Assembly (NCBI GenBank): GCA_040219255.1
Contig: JAVJSW010000031.1
Coordinates: 1 to 64,000 of the forward strand
Source: Sumerlaeia bacterium
GTDB taxonomy: Bacteria; Sumerlaeota; Sumerlaeia; SLMS01; JAHLLQ01
Direction: 5' to 3'
Length of the DNA: 64,000 nt
Shown here: one piece after another, positions 17,412 through 26,618 of the stretch
Position numbering within the stretch: position 1 is the first letter of the stretch
Layout of the letters: each line of letters opens with the position of its first letter
Notes under the pieces: generated by a model
The model's database searches: none
Seen by the model: the letters and a program-made list of their open reading frames with translations, nothing else
Told to the model about the DNA's origin: nothing
Made by a program: the position numbers and the translations under genes

Positions 17412-20400
17412 TGCTAGCTCGCCTGATCTCGTTTTCGCTCAAGAACTCGCCACTGGTTCTGATCATCGGTCTGCTCATCATGTTCGCCGGGGCATACGTG
17501 ATCCCGCGCATGAATCTCGACGTCTTCCCGGAGCTGAACGCCCCCCGCGTTGTGATCCTGACGGAGGCGGGCGGCCTCTCTGCTGACGAGGTTGAGCAGT
17601 ACGTCACCTTTCCCATTGAAAGCGCCATGAACGGCATCGTCGGCGTGCGGGCGGTGCGCAGCACGAGTGCGCTATCGCTCTCTGTCGTCTACGTCGAGTT
17701 CGACTGGGACATGGAGATCTACCGGGCGCGTCAGCTCGTGAGCGAACGCCTCTCCGCCGTACGAGAAGAACTGCCCGAGAACACACATGCGGAGATCGGC
17801 CCCGTCAGCTCCATCACCGGCGAGATCATGCTGCTCTCGCTTTCGTCGCCGGAAGAAACGGTGTCGCCGCGAGAGCTGCGTTCCTTCGCAGAGTACGACC
17901 TCCGCAACCGCCTCCTGGCCGTACCTGGTATCACCCAGGTCGTCGCCATCGGCGGCGAGTTGCCAGAGTACCAGGTGAACCTCAGCCAGGAGAAATTACT
18001 CCTCCACGGCCTCACCGTTCACGACGTGGTGGAGGCGACACGCAACGCCCATAGCATCGCGTCCGCTGGATACCTGACCGATGTGGAAGGTCTTGAGCTA
18101 CCTCTTCGCCAGCAAGCCCGAGCCCAAAGCATCGACGACATCGCCGCGACGACAGTGCGTTTCGCGGACGGCTCGGCCCTCACGCTCGGCGACGTGGCAG
18201 ACGTACGCTTGGGCGCGGCGATTCCTCGTGGCAGCGGCTCCGAGTCCGGCAACCCGGCGGTGGTGCTCGCCCTCACGAAAGCGCCCGGCATCAACACGAT
18301 CCGCCTTACCGAAGCCGTGGACGCCGCGCTCGACGAGATCCAGTTCGCCATGCCGGAAGGGATGGTGCTCAACCGCCACATCTTCCGCCAGGCCGAGTTC
18401 ATCGAGCGCTCCATCGGCAACCTTCTACACAAGCTCCGCGACGCCACGATCCTGGTGGCGATCATCTTGGTGCTCTTCCTGCTCAACGCCCGGACGACGA
18501 TCATCACTCTGGTGGCGATCCCTCTCTCCATGGGCGTGACGATCCTGATCTTCTACGCGCTCGGCATGACGATCAACGTGATGACACTCGGCGGTCTCGC
18601 CATCGCCATCGGCGAGTTGGTCGACGACGCCATCATCGACGTGGAAAACGTGTACCGGCGTTTGCGCGAGAACGCCAGCCTGCCCGCCGAACAGCAGCGC
18701 CCCCGCGTGAAAGTCATCTACGACGCCAGTAACGAGATCCGTTCGTCCATCGTCTTCGCAACCATCATCATCTGCATCGTTTTCCTCCCGCTGCTCTTCC
18801 TCCAGGGCATCGAAGGTCGCTTCTTCCGTCCCATGGGTATGGCCTACATCCTGTCGATCCTGGCTTCGCTGGTGGTGGCGCTCACCATTACGCCCGCCAT
18901 GTGCAAACACCTGCTGAAGCCAAAGGAAGGCAAGGAACACGGCGATGGACCACTGGTGCGGTTGCTGAAGCGTGCCTACGAACCGAGCTTGCTCCTCGCG
19001 CTGCGCCTGCGGAAGACGGTGCTGGGCCTGGCTCTGGTCGCGACCGTCGCGGCTCTTGCCTTGGCGTCGACCTTCGGCACGAGCTTCCTGCCCTCCTTCA
19101 ACGAGGGCACGTTCACCATCTCCTTCATGGCTCCTCCCGGAACGTCGCTTCCTGCGAGCGATCGCCTCGGGCCGGGTGTCGAACGCCGCATCGCCGAGAT
19201 CGAAGGAGTCCGCGCTGTTGTCCGCCGTACAGGTCGCGCTGAACGGGACGAACACGCCATGCCGCCCAGCAACAGCGAGATCGATGTCTCCCTCGAACCC
19301 GGAGCCGACAAGGAAGCCGTGCGGCGAGAGATCGATACGGTACTCGCCACAGTCCCTGGTGTTGTAGCGACCGTGGGACAGCCCATCGGCCACCGCCTCA
19401 GTCACATCCTCTCAGGTACGCCTGCCGACGTTGCCATCAGCGTCTATGGCGAAGACCTGAACGTGCTGCGGCAGATCGCTCGCGAAGTCGAAGGCGAGTT
19501 GAACGCTCTCCCCGGAGCCCGCGACGTAAACGCCAACCGCGAACTGATGATCCAGTCCATCCCGATCATCTATCGCCATCAGGACCTCGCCCGTTACGGC
19601 CTCACGCCCGCCGAGGCCGCCGAGCAGGTGCAAGTCGCCTTCAGCGGCGAGCACGTCGCCACCATCAACGAAGGTATCCGGCGCTACGATCTCGTGGTGC
19701 GGCTCGATGCTTCCGAGCGCGACCGCATCGACCAGGTGAAGGACTTCATCCTGCGCGGAGCCGACGGCGCGATGTTGCGTCTGAGTGACGTCGCCGACGT
19801 CGGGCGCGAGCGCGTCTCCAACCTGATCACCCGCGAGAACGCCCGGCGCAAAGCAGTAATCTCGCTCAACGTCGCGGAGGGCTCAAACCTCGGCGATCTC
19901 GTCTCAGAGGTCCGCGAACGCGTCGATCCCATCGTCGCCCGCCACGGCTACTCCGTGCAGTACGGCGGCCAGTTCGAGGCGCAGCAGTCCGCCGCCCGCA
20001 CCATCGCCGTCATGGGTTTCGTCACGCTCGTGCTCGTACTGCTTCTTCTCCACGCTGCGCTCAAGTCTTTCAAGGCAGCGATCCTGGTGCTCGTCAACCT
20101 GCCACTCGCCCTCATCGGAGGCATCGCCGCCGTCTACATCTCCGAGACGCCGAACTTCCTCGCGAACACCGGGGCCCTGCTCGGCCTCGGCGGCACGTAC
20201 ATCGCGCCGGTCCTCAGCATCGCCAGCCTCGTCGGCTTCATCACCCTGTTCGGCATCGCCGTCCGAAACGGCATCCTCCTCGTGAACCACTACGCCTGGC
20301 TTCAGGAAAACGAAGGCTTCGGCCTTGGCGACGCCGTCGTACGCGGCAGCATGGAGCGCCTCGTTCCCATCCTGATGACCGCTCTCACAGCGGCACTCGC

Positions 20401-20554
20401 GCTCCTCCCCGTCGTCTGGGCCGCAGGCCAACCCGGCAGCGAGATCCTCGCCCCCCTCGCCGTCGTCGTCCTCGGAGGCCTCATCACCTCCACCTTCCTC
20501 AACGCCATCGTGGTGCCGGTGGGGTACGCGATGATGTTTGGTAGAAGGCGTTGA
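17411..20554 (+). CDS. heavy-metal RND permease (CusA/CzcA family)
   Basis: LDVFPELNAP, MTLGGLAIAIGELVDDAIIDVEN, ERLVPILMTAL. Confidence 0.95.
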   Translation: MLARLISFSLKNSPLVLIIGLLIMFAGAYVIPRMNLDVFPELNAPRVVILTEAGGLSADEVEQYVTFPIESAMNGIVGVRAVRSTSALSLSVVYVEFDWDMEIYRARQLVSERLSAVREELPENTHAEIGPVSSITGEIMLLSLSSPEETVSPRELRSFAEYDLRNRLLAVPGITQVVAIGGELPEYQVNLSQEKLLLHGLTVHDVVEATRNAHSIASAGYLTDVEGLELPLRQQARAQSIDDIAATTVRFADGSALTLGDVADVRLGAAIPRGSGSESGNPAVVLALTKAPGINTIRLTEAVDAALDEIQFAMPEGMVLNRHIFRQAEFIERSIGNLLHKLRDATILVAIILVLFLLNARTTIITLVAIPLSMGVTILIFYALGMTINVMTLGGLAIAIGELVDDAIIDVENVYRRLRENASLPAEQQRPRVKVIYDASNEIRSSIVFATIIICIVFLPLLFLQGIEGRFFRPMGMAYILSILASLVVALTITPAMCKHLLKPKEGKEHGDGPLVRLLKRAYEPSLLLALRLRKTVLGLALVATVAALALASTFGTSFLPSFNEGTFTISFMAPPGTSLPASDRLGPGVERRIAEIEGVRAVVRRTGRAERDEHAMPPSNSEIDVSLEPGADKEAVRREIDTVLATVPGVVATVGQPIGHRLSHILSGTPADVAISVYGEDLNVLRQIAREVEGELNALPGARDVNANRELMIQSIPIIYRHQDLARYGLTPAEAAEQVQVAFSGEHVATINEGIRRYDLVVRLDASERDRIDQVKDFILRGADGAMLRLSDVADVGRERVSNLITRENARRKAVISLNVAEGSNLGDLVSEVRERVDPIVARHGYSVQYGGQFEAQQSAARTIAVMGFVTLVLVLLLLHAALKSFKAAILVLVNLPLALIGGIAAVYISETPNFLANTGALLGLGGTYIAPVLSIASLVGFITLFGIAVRNGILLVNHYAWLQENEGFGLGDAVVRGSMERLVPILMTALTAALALLPVVWAAGQPGSEILAPLAVVVLGGLITSTFLNAIVVPVGYAMMFGRRR

Positions 20555-20612
20555 TCGACGGAGGTGCTGAGCACCGCCTTCTACTCGTGCCTCGCTCTGT
20601 AGGCAGCAGAAG

Positions 20613-21038
20613 TCACTCCTTCAACTTCGCGGCCAGCTCGCGCAGCTTCAACTTCTGGTTCGGGATGGCCTGACGGCGCTCGATCGGAACTCGCTTTATG
20701 GCAGAGGTAGGTGAAGGTGGTGCTACCTCACCAACCGGCAAGTCTGCGTCTTCGGCCCCCTCGGCATCCTTCATGGCGATAGGTTGCTCGATGATGAGGA
20801 GCCGGGGCTGGTCCCTGAGGTGATCGCCTCTATCTGCTGTCATCTTCTTGCCGTACTTCTTCGTCCGCCGCTCTTTCTGCATCGCGTTGATCGCGAAGAT
20901 GAGGTCGGCACCCCAGTAGCCTGCACCAGGGAGGGAGACGCGTCCATGGGCTCGGAGGGTGTCCAGCTTCACGCATCCCGAGAGCATGTTCATGACTTCT
21001 TCCGTCGTGTAGATGGCGTTCGGGTCGATCACGTGCAT
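20613..21038 (-). CDS. putative excisionase/winged-HTH protein, copy 2
   Basis: Close paralog of 9463..9891 in the same position relative to att. Confidence 0.55.
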   Translation of the reverse strand: MHVIDPNAIYTTEEVMNMLSGCVKLDTLRAHGRVSLPGAGYWGADLIFAINAMQKERRTKKYGKKMTADRGDHLRDQPRLLIIEQPIAMKDAEGAEDADLPVGEVAPPSPTSAIKRVPIERRQAIPNQKLKLRELAAKLKE

Positions 21039-21218
21039 GCCATGACATGGCCTTCAGGGAGATGTGGACCTGTTCCAGTCCGACTTGCGGGAAAGATGGT
21101 CGGGGCTTGGTCCGACTCGGCTGTTGTTGTCAGTAGGATACGTCGTCTCGCAAGTCGAGTGCTTTTGGTTCTTGACTGCTGAGGATGCTTGAGTTAGACG
21201 TTATTAGTAAACGTTCTG

Positions 21219-21246
21219 CAAGTCCTCTCCTGGGCACCATTTACAG
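21219..21246 (+). repeat. att site: tRNA 3'-end duplication, copy 2
   Basis: CAAGTCCTCTCCTGGGCACCATTTACAG, identical to 10073-10100. Confidence 0.88.
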
Positions 21247-21247
21247 C

Positions 21248-21525
21248 TTAGTTATCAGCAACAATCTCAATGATCTGTGCTTGTGAACCCGGAGCCGCGA
21301 ACTCCGGGTTTCTGCCATTTTGCTGCCATTTCGTTCCTGCAAGAGCTGATTCGATCTCCGAGTTCAGGAGAGGAATAATGCCATTCTGGAACAGGTCGAA
21401 GAGTTCCACCGCATCGGTGCTCTGGTAGTGCTTTCCGGTTACGGACGGATCCGCATGGCCGACGTACTGCTCGACCAGCCTCTCCGACCATGCGGGGTTC
21501 CGGCGGGCGGTGTTCAGGAGTGCCC
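21248..21525 (-). pseudogene. C-terminal remnant of another integrase (third element)
   Basis: Minus frame reads LLNTARRNPAWSERLVEQYVGHADPSVTGKHYQ...PEFAAPGSQAQIIEIVADN*, homologous to the integrase C-terminus (WNVYLVDRYVGHAPRSIMERHY...PEVASPGSEAQIFEIGALA*). Confidence 0.85.
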
Positions 21526-21563
21526 ACCTCCGTTCTCAACTTCTTGTCTGTGGTGAAACTGAA

Positions 21564-22118
21564 TCAACCCGCCACCTCAAGCCCATATCGCATATGCAGC
21601 CCCAAGTCGTTGACTCCTCGCTCCAGAGGCCCGATGAGGCCGATGGCTTCGATGCGGATATCCGCCAGCAGGGGCCGCTCGGAGAGGATCTGCATCGCCT
21701 GTCCCGCCTTCTCGGCCGTCAGATCGTGGGCGGCGAGGGTGATGTGGGGGACCCAGTTTTCCGGCTCGTAATGCGTCGAGGGGCTGATAGCGGCTTCGTC
21801 GAGTTCGGGGAGCAATTTCCGGTGGATCATCGTCAGGCGCGGGTCGCGAACGATGGGCAGGAAGAGGATGGGGCTGGGTTCGGCGAAGAACCCGAGGCCA
21901 CTGGACCGGGCGGTGAAGATGGGGAGCTTGCGCTGCCAGCGCTCCAGGACGGCCTTCAGGCGGTCGCGGTCGTAATCTTCGGCGACCTGCCAGGAAAAGT
22001 GGGGGATCGGCGTGCGGGCGATCCCGCGTAGGTCGAGATGCTCCTCCAGCAGGGCCCACAAACCCTGCACGTGGGTCGCACTTGGCTCGTCGAGAAGGGC
22101 TGCGACGGCGAAGGGCAT
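21564..22118 (-). CDS. 2'-5' RNA ligase-like 2H phosphoesterase
   Basis: Two Hx(S/T) motifs: PHFSW and PHITLA. Confidence 0.85.
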   Translation of the reverse strand: MPFAVAALLDEPSATHVQGLWALLEEHLDLRGIARTPIPHFSWQVAEDYDRDRLKAVLERWQRKLPIFTARSSGLGFFAEPSPILFLPIVRDPRLTMIHRKLLPELDEAAISPSTHYEPENWVPHITLAAHDLTAEKAGQAMQILSERPLLADIRIEAIGLIGPLERGVNDLGLHMRYGLEVAG

Positions 22119-22209
22119 GAAGAGGTGAACCTTTTCCTGGATTCAGAGAGTCAGGCCGGACAATTCGCGATGCGGAAAAAGCGGGCAAGTCGGAAAAGCC
22201 CTCTCTCGA

Positions 22210-22239
22210 AAACAAAAAAACTCCCCCGAACCGGGGGAG
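22210..22239 (-). terminator. rho-independent terminator
   Basis: CTCCCCC-N5-GGGGGAG stem with a T-tract on the minus strand, after the brx gene. Confidence 0.7.
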
Positions 22240-22269
22240 CGGGGCGCCGATTTTGCCAGCGGGCGGCCC

Positions 22270-22689
22270 TTAGCAGTTTTCCTGGAAGGCGAACTTGAGT
22301 GAGTTGGCGATCATTTCCGGCATGTTGCCTTCGATGTGATGGCGCTCGATCATGTGGACCACTTCGCCGTCCTTGAGCAGGGCGACGCACGGCGAGGAGG
22401 GCGAGTATCCGGTGAAGTAGCTGCGGGCGCGGTTGGTGGCCTCGCGGTCCTGGCCGGCGAAGACGGCGTAGAGGTGCTCGGGTTTTTTTTCGGCGCCTTC
22501 GAGGGCAAGACGCAGCGACGGGCGCGCACCGGCGGCGGCGCAGCCACAAACGGAGTTCACGAAGACCAAGGCCGTGCCCTGCAAATTGCCGAGCGCTTCA
22601 TCCACCGCCTCCGGCGTGGTCAGTTCGGTGAAGCCGATTTCGGTCACTTCGTCGCGCATGGGCTGAACCATGATGGGATCGTAAAGCAT
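22270..22689 (-). CDS. BrxA/BrxB-family bacilliredoxin (DUF1094)
   Basis: VNSVCGCAAAGARP, VFAGQDREAT, PSSP, MIERHHIEG. Confidence 0.92.
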   Translation of the reverse strand: MLYDPIMVQPMRDEVTEIGFTELTTPEAVDEALGNLQGTALVFVNSVCGCAAAGARPSLRLALEGAEKKPEHLYAVFAGQDREATNRARSYFTGYSPSSPCVALLKDGEVVHMIERHHIEGNMPEMIANSLKFAFQENC

Positions 22690-22799
22690 TGGGGGAGAGC
22701 CTCCTGAAAATGGGGGGAGCAAAGAAAATTCGAGTCGAAGTCAATAGAGCCCGGCGGATTCCATCGGGTTTGAGCAATGAATGGCTAGTAATGCGGCAA

Positions 22800-23534
22800 T
22801 CATGCCATGGGCGAAATCTTCGGCTTCTCCGCGATGTGGAGCACGGCAATTCCGAAACTGAGTTCCGCGTGCCGCACGCGGGCAAAGCCGCAACGCCGCA
22901 TCATGGCGGCCAATTCGCGCTTGTTCGGCCACTCCATCACGGACTCGCTCAGGTACCGGTAGGCGTCCGATTTCGTTGCCACCCGGCCGATGGCGGGCAG
23001 CACGGTGCGAAAATAAGACAGGTAGCCAAGACGAAACAGCGGGTTCGCTGGCAGGGTGAATTCCAGCACCGCCAGCCGGCCGCCGGGCCGCAGGACGCGG
23101 TGCATTTCCGTCAGACCCGCCTCGGTGTCCTCCATGTTGCGCAGGCCGAAGGCGATGGTCACGAGGTCGAACGTCTCGCCGCCAAAGGGCAGCCGCAAGC
23201 CATCGCCCGCCACAAAGGGCGGTTCGCCCAGACCCCGGCCTTTCTTGTGGGCGATGCGCAGCATCGGCGGGCAAAAATCCGCACCGATGACTTCGCAGTC
23301 GCGGTGGGCCGCCTTGCGCAGCGCCAGCGTCAGATCGCCGGTGCCGCAGGCCAGATCGAGGACCCGCCGGTCCGTCGGCCGCAGTGCCTGCTTGACCGTG
23401 AACCGTCGCCACATCTGATCGATGTTCAGGCTGAAGGCGTGGTTGAAGAAGTCGTAGGTGGGGGCGATGGTGCCGAACATCCGCTGGATGCGGTGGCGCT
23501 CTTTGGAGATCGGCGGGGCGGCGGAGGCGGTCAA
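22800..23534 (-). CDS. ubiE: demethylmenaquinone/ubiquinone C-methyltransferase (start uncertain)
   Basis: MFGTIAPTYDFFNH, VLDLACGTGD, IAFGLRN, RVLRPGG, YRYLSES. Confidence 0.9.
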   Translation of the reverse strand: MTASAAPPISKERHRIQRMFGTIAPTYDFFNHAFSLNIDQMWRRFTVKQALRPTDRRVLDLACGTGDLTLALRKAAHRDCEVIGADFCPPMLRIAHKKGRGLGEPPFVAGDGLRLPFGGETFDLVTIAFGLRNMEDTEAGLTEMHRVLRPGGRLAVLEFTLPANPLFRLGYLSYFRTVLPAIGRVATKSDAYRYLSESVMEWPNKRELAAMMRRCGFARVRHAELSFGIAVLHIAEKPKISPMA

Positions 23535-23743
23535 GGCGGAGATGAAACCTTTGGGAAATCTTCGGGGCGGTGGACCTTGCCCCGGCGTGCACCGGCTGGA
23601 GACCCTGTGGAATCGGGCCACAACTTTGCGGGCGCCTTAGGACAAACACTCTCCGTGCCTGCGGAGTCCAACCAAATGCGACACTTTGCCCCGGCAAAGA
23701 GGCCGCCCCACGCATTCTCAATCGGAGTCAGCTCATTTCCGCC

Positions 23744-26506
23744 ATGACCGGTCATTCGTTCACCAATCCGCAAGCCCTCCGCTGGCGGGTTTTTCTTCCG
23801 CTGGCGCTTTTCGCCCTGGGCAACCTGGCTGTCCCTTTCACCGCCGGCGCCAAGCCGCCGGAGGTCCGCCAAGGAACAAGCACGGTGAAGATCGATCCCT
23901 CCGCGATTGCACAACCCGATTTCTCTCCGCCCCGCGCCGCCGCGATCGACGATCTGCAACAGGTCCCGCCGGAATACTGGACCCACGCCAGCTTCGGCGA
24001 TCGGCTCCTGGCGAACGACCGCGCCGTGTTGACCTTCGGCAAGTTGCCGGAAGGCGAGGGCACGGAGGCGAACCTCTATCGCGACGGAGCCCTTCTGGAC
24101 CTTCTTCCCCGTCTCTCCAGCCCCGAGGGTCTCCAAGTCTTCCTGCCCACCACCAACGGTATGGCGGGCGCGACGATCGAGTGGGAAACGATGGAAAGCA
24201 GCGAATCGCCCGATGAAAACCTCGCGACGATCGTCCTCACCGGCCATGACACACGCGATGAAAACCTGCGCGTTCGTACCGAGTACCGCATGAACGAGTC
24301 CATGCCGGGCGCCCTGGTCACCACAACGCTGACCTACGAAGGCGACGAGCAGAGCCCCATCGTCACCCCATCCGATTATATTCTGTGGGGGGCGATGCAG
24401 TATTTCGTGCCTGGTATCGGCTGGATCGGCAACAGTTCGGTGACTCTCCAGGCGGACTTCGTGTTCGCCAAATACCACGACACCTGGGTTTTGATCGCGC
24501 CAAGCGAGGGCACCTTCGAGGTTCGCACCGGCCAGCGCCGCACCGCGATTCTGTACGATCAGCCGGCGGCCCTGGAATCGGGCGAAACCCGCATCTACAG
24601 CCGCTGGGTTCTGACCGGCGCCAGCGATCCCGCGACCCTCTATTCTCTGGTCCTGAAGGAACGCGAAGGAGCCGATTTCGGCGCCCTCGTGGGCCGCGTC
24701 ATCGAACGCGAGCAGCTGGCCGACGGCAGCCTCCTCGACAAGTCCCCCGTCGACGATTGCATGATTCGCATTTCTCCTCTCCAACTTCCCAACTGGAGCC
24801 CAGAGGAGAAAGCGCGCATCCAGAACCGTCCCTATCTGCTGGGCATGACCAAGCCCAGCGGCCAGTTTGAGGCTCTGCTGCCGGTGGGGGAATGGCGCGT
24901 TCTTGCCGCTCCCTCGAACCGCCTGGCGCCGAAACCGACGACCGCCACCCGCATCACCAAAGACAAAGTGACGGGCCTGGACTTCGGTGTCTCGATGACC
25001 AGCCAGTTCATCTATCAGGTCGTCGACGCCGACACCGGAGAGCGCATCCCCGCCAAGATCACGGTCGAACCGCTGCGCGGCACCACATCGCCCGAACTCG
25101 GGCCACCCGGAACGACCGAAGCCCAAAACGTGGTGTTTAGCGCCAACGGCGCCGGCATCATCGATCTGCCGCCGGGCAATTACCGCGTCATCGCGAGCCG
25201 CGGCCCCGAGTACAATATCGCCGAGGAGCGTATCCAGGTGGCGAAACCGACCTTGGAGCCGGTGTACTCGGTCCTGAAACTCAAACGCGCCTTTGAAACC
25301 CCCGGCTGGATCAGCGCCGACGTGGGCCTCATGACCAGCGCCACCGCGGGATCGCGCGTCAGCCCCCGCGACCGCGTCGTCAGCGCCGTCGCCGAAGGCG
25401 TCGATTGGATCGTCACTGGCGATTATGGCGAAGTCACCAAGCTTTCCGGCGATATTGAAGCGATGGGTCTCGACGCTTACCTGAGCGCCTCGCCGGGTCT
25501 CCGCATTCCGGCCACCACGCGGGAAGCGGCGGGGGATTTCCTCTTCTTCCCGCTGGACGTCTGCTCGGTGGGTGCGGAGCCCGATTTCACGGGTGTTTTC
25601 GAAGCCGCCAACGAGGGCGACGCGGAAGCGATGGCCCAGGCCCTGCGGGCCGTTTGCCCCGAAGCGGTCGTGATGCTCAACCGGCCGATCTGGCCCGAGA
25701 CGGGGTTCCTGGTGCGTCAAGGCTATGACCCGGACACCGGCGGTCTGCCGGAAGGCGACTGGAGCCGCGACTTCGACGTCATTCAAATCTGGGAGGGCAA
25801 ACGCCAGGCCATCTATCCCGCCGGCTATCGCGCCTATCACGAACTCCTCGGCGAGGGTCTGCGCCTCGCCGCCATCGGAAACAGCGCCAGCATGGGAACC
25901 TGGAATCAGGAAGTGGGCTATCCGCGGATCTACATCCCCTCGTCGACCGACGATCCGGCCGAGTTGAACCCGGCGGAGTTGGCGGAAGCGATCAAGCGCG
26001 GCAAGGTGATGATCACCAACGGCCCCTTTATCAAAGTCACCGTCAACGATCAACCGGTCGGTTCCCTGATCACCGATCAGGATGGTTTCGTGGATGTCGA
26101 TCTGGAAGTGTTCGCCGCCAACTGGGTCCCCGTCACTTCGATCAGCATCAACCTGAACGGCCAATTCGCCCGGCGGATTATCCTGCCCCAGGGCGGAGAG
26201 CCGGACGATATGGGCCGCGTCTTTCCCCACGACAAGGGGGAAGATGCCGGAAAGTTGAAGATCCGCGTCAGCGAAGACTCCATCCTCGACGTCGTCGTTT
26301 CAAGCGATGTCTCGGCCAAGCAAGACCCCGTCAACCCCTACATCACGCCGGACCCGGCAATGGCCTCTCGTGGCAGCGGGCAAACCAGCCTCGCGATCAG
26401 CGCGCCGGTCATCATCGATGTGGATGGCAACGGCATCTACGACCCGCCGGCCAAGGCTGCCAAGCCGCAGCAACTGCCCTATGAGGAGGACGACCCGATT
26501 TTCTGA
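23744..26506 (+). CDS. secreted CehA/McbA-like PHP-fold protein with degenerate metal ligands
   Basis: Signal peptide; LPPGNYRVIASRGPEY; GWISAD...AEGVDWIVTGD; GNSAS..VGYPRIYI; TNGPFI. Confidence 0.8.
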   Translation: MTGHSFTNPQALRWRVFLPLALFALGNLAVPFTAGAKPPEVRQGTSTVKIDPSAIAQPDFSPPRAAAIDDLQQVPPEYWTHASFGDRLLANDRAVLTFGKLPEGEGTEANLYRDGALLDLLPRLSSPEGLQVFLPTTNGMAGATIEWETMESSESPDENLATIVLTGHDTRDENLRVRTEYRMNESMPGALVTTTLTYEGDEQSPIVTPSDYILWGAMQYFVPGIGWIGNSSVTLQADFVFAKYHDTWVLIAPSEGTFEVRTGQRRTAILYDQPAALESGETRIYSRWVLTGASDPATLYSLVLKEREGADFGALVGRVIEREQLADGSLLDKSPVDDCMIRISPLQLPNWSPEEKARIQNRPYLLGMTKPSGQFEALLPVGEWRVLAAPSNRLAPKPTTATRITKDKVTGLDFGVSMTSQFIYQVVDADTGERIPAKITVEPLRGTTSPELGPPGTTEAQNVVFSANGAGIIDLPPGNYRVIASRGPEYNIAEERIQVAKPTLEPVYSVLKLKRAFETPGWISADVGLMTSATAGSRVSPRDRVVSAVAEGVDWIVTGDYGEVTKLSGDIEAMGLDAYLSASPGLRIPATTREAAGDFLFFPLDVCSVGAEPDFTGVFEAANEGDAEAMAQALRAVCPEAVVMLNRPIWPETGFLVRQGYDPDTGGLPEGDWSRDFDVIQIWEGKRQAIYPAGYRAYHELLGEGLRLAAIGNSASMGTWNQEVGYPRIYIPSSTDDPAELNPAELAEAIKRGKVMITNGPFIKVTVNDQPVGSLITDQDGFVDVDLEVFAANWVPVTSISINLNGQFARRIILPQGGEPDDMGRVFPHDKGEDAGKLKIRVSEDSILDVVVSSDVSAKQDPVNPYITPDPAMASRGSGQTSLAISAPVIIDVDGNGIYDPPAKAAKPQQLPYEEDDPIF

Positions 26507-26618
26507 TCCCTTGCTCCAAGGAAACGCTCCGGCCCGGGCGCGGGAAAAAACCTGTTTGCGGGCGGGCCGGGCCATGACACTGTCACGTCAAGAGCGACTT
26601 CTCTGCGAGTTCCACGCT

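Larger units (their letters stand above)
10073..21246. mobile_element. Integrative element 2 (~11.2 kb), Ni/Co-type efflux cargo
   Basis: Bounded by identical 28-bp att repeats, with an integrase at one end and a Xis-like gene at the other. Confidence 0.88.
20609..21246. repeat. ~640-bp imperfect direct repeat, copy 2
   Basis: Matches 9459-10100. Confidence 0.95.

Noticed and set aside
26574-26591. Crp/Fnr autoregulatory site (TGACA-C-TGTCA)
   Set aside because: Spacing fits neither TGTGA-N6-TCACA nor TTGAT-N4-ATCAA, and it is too short to support.
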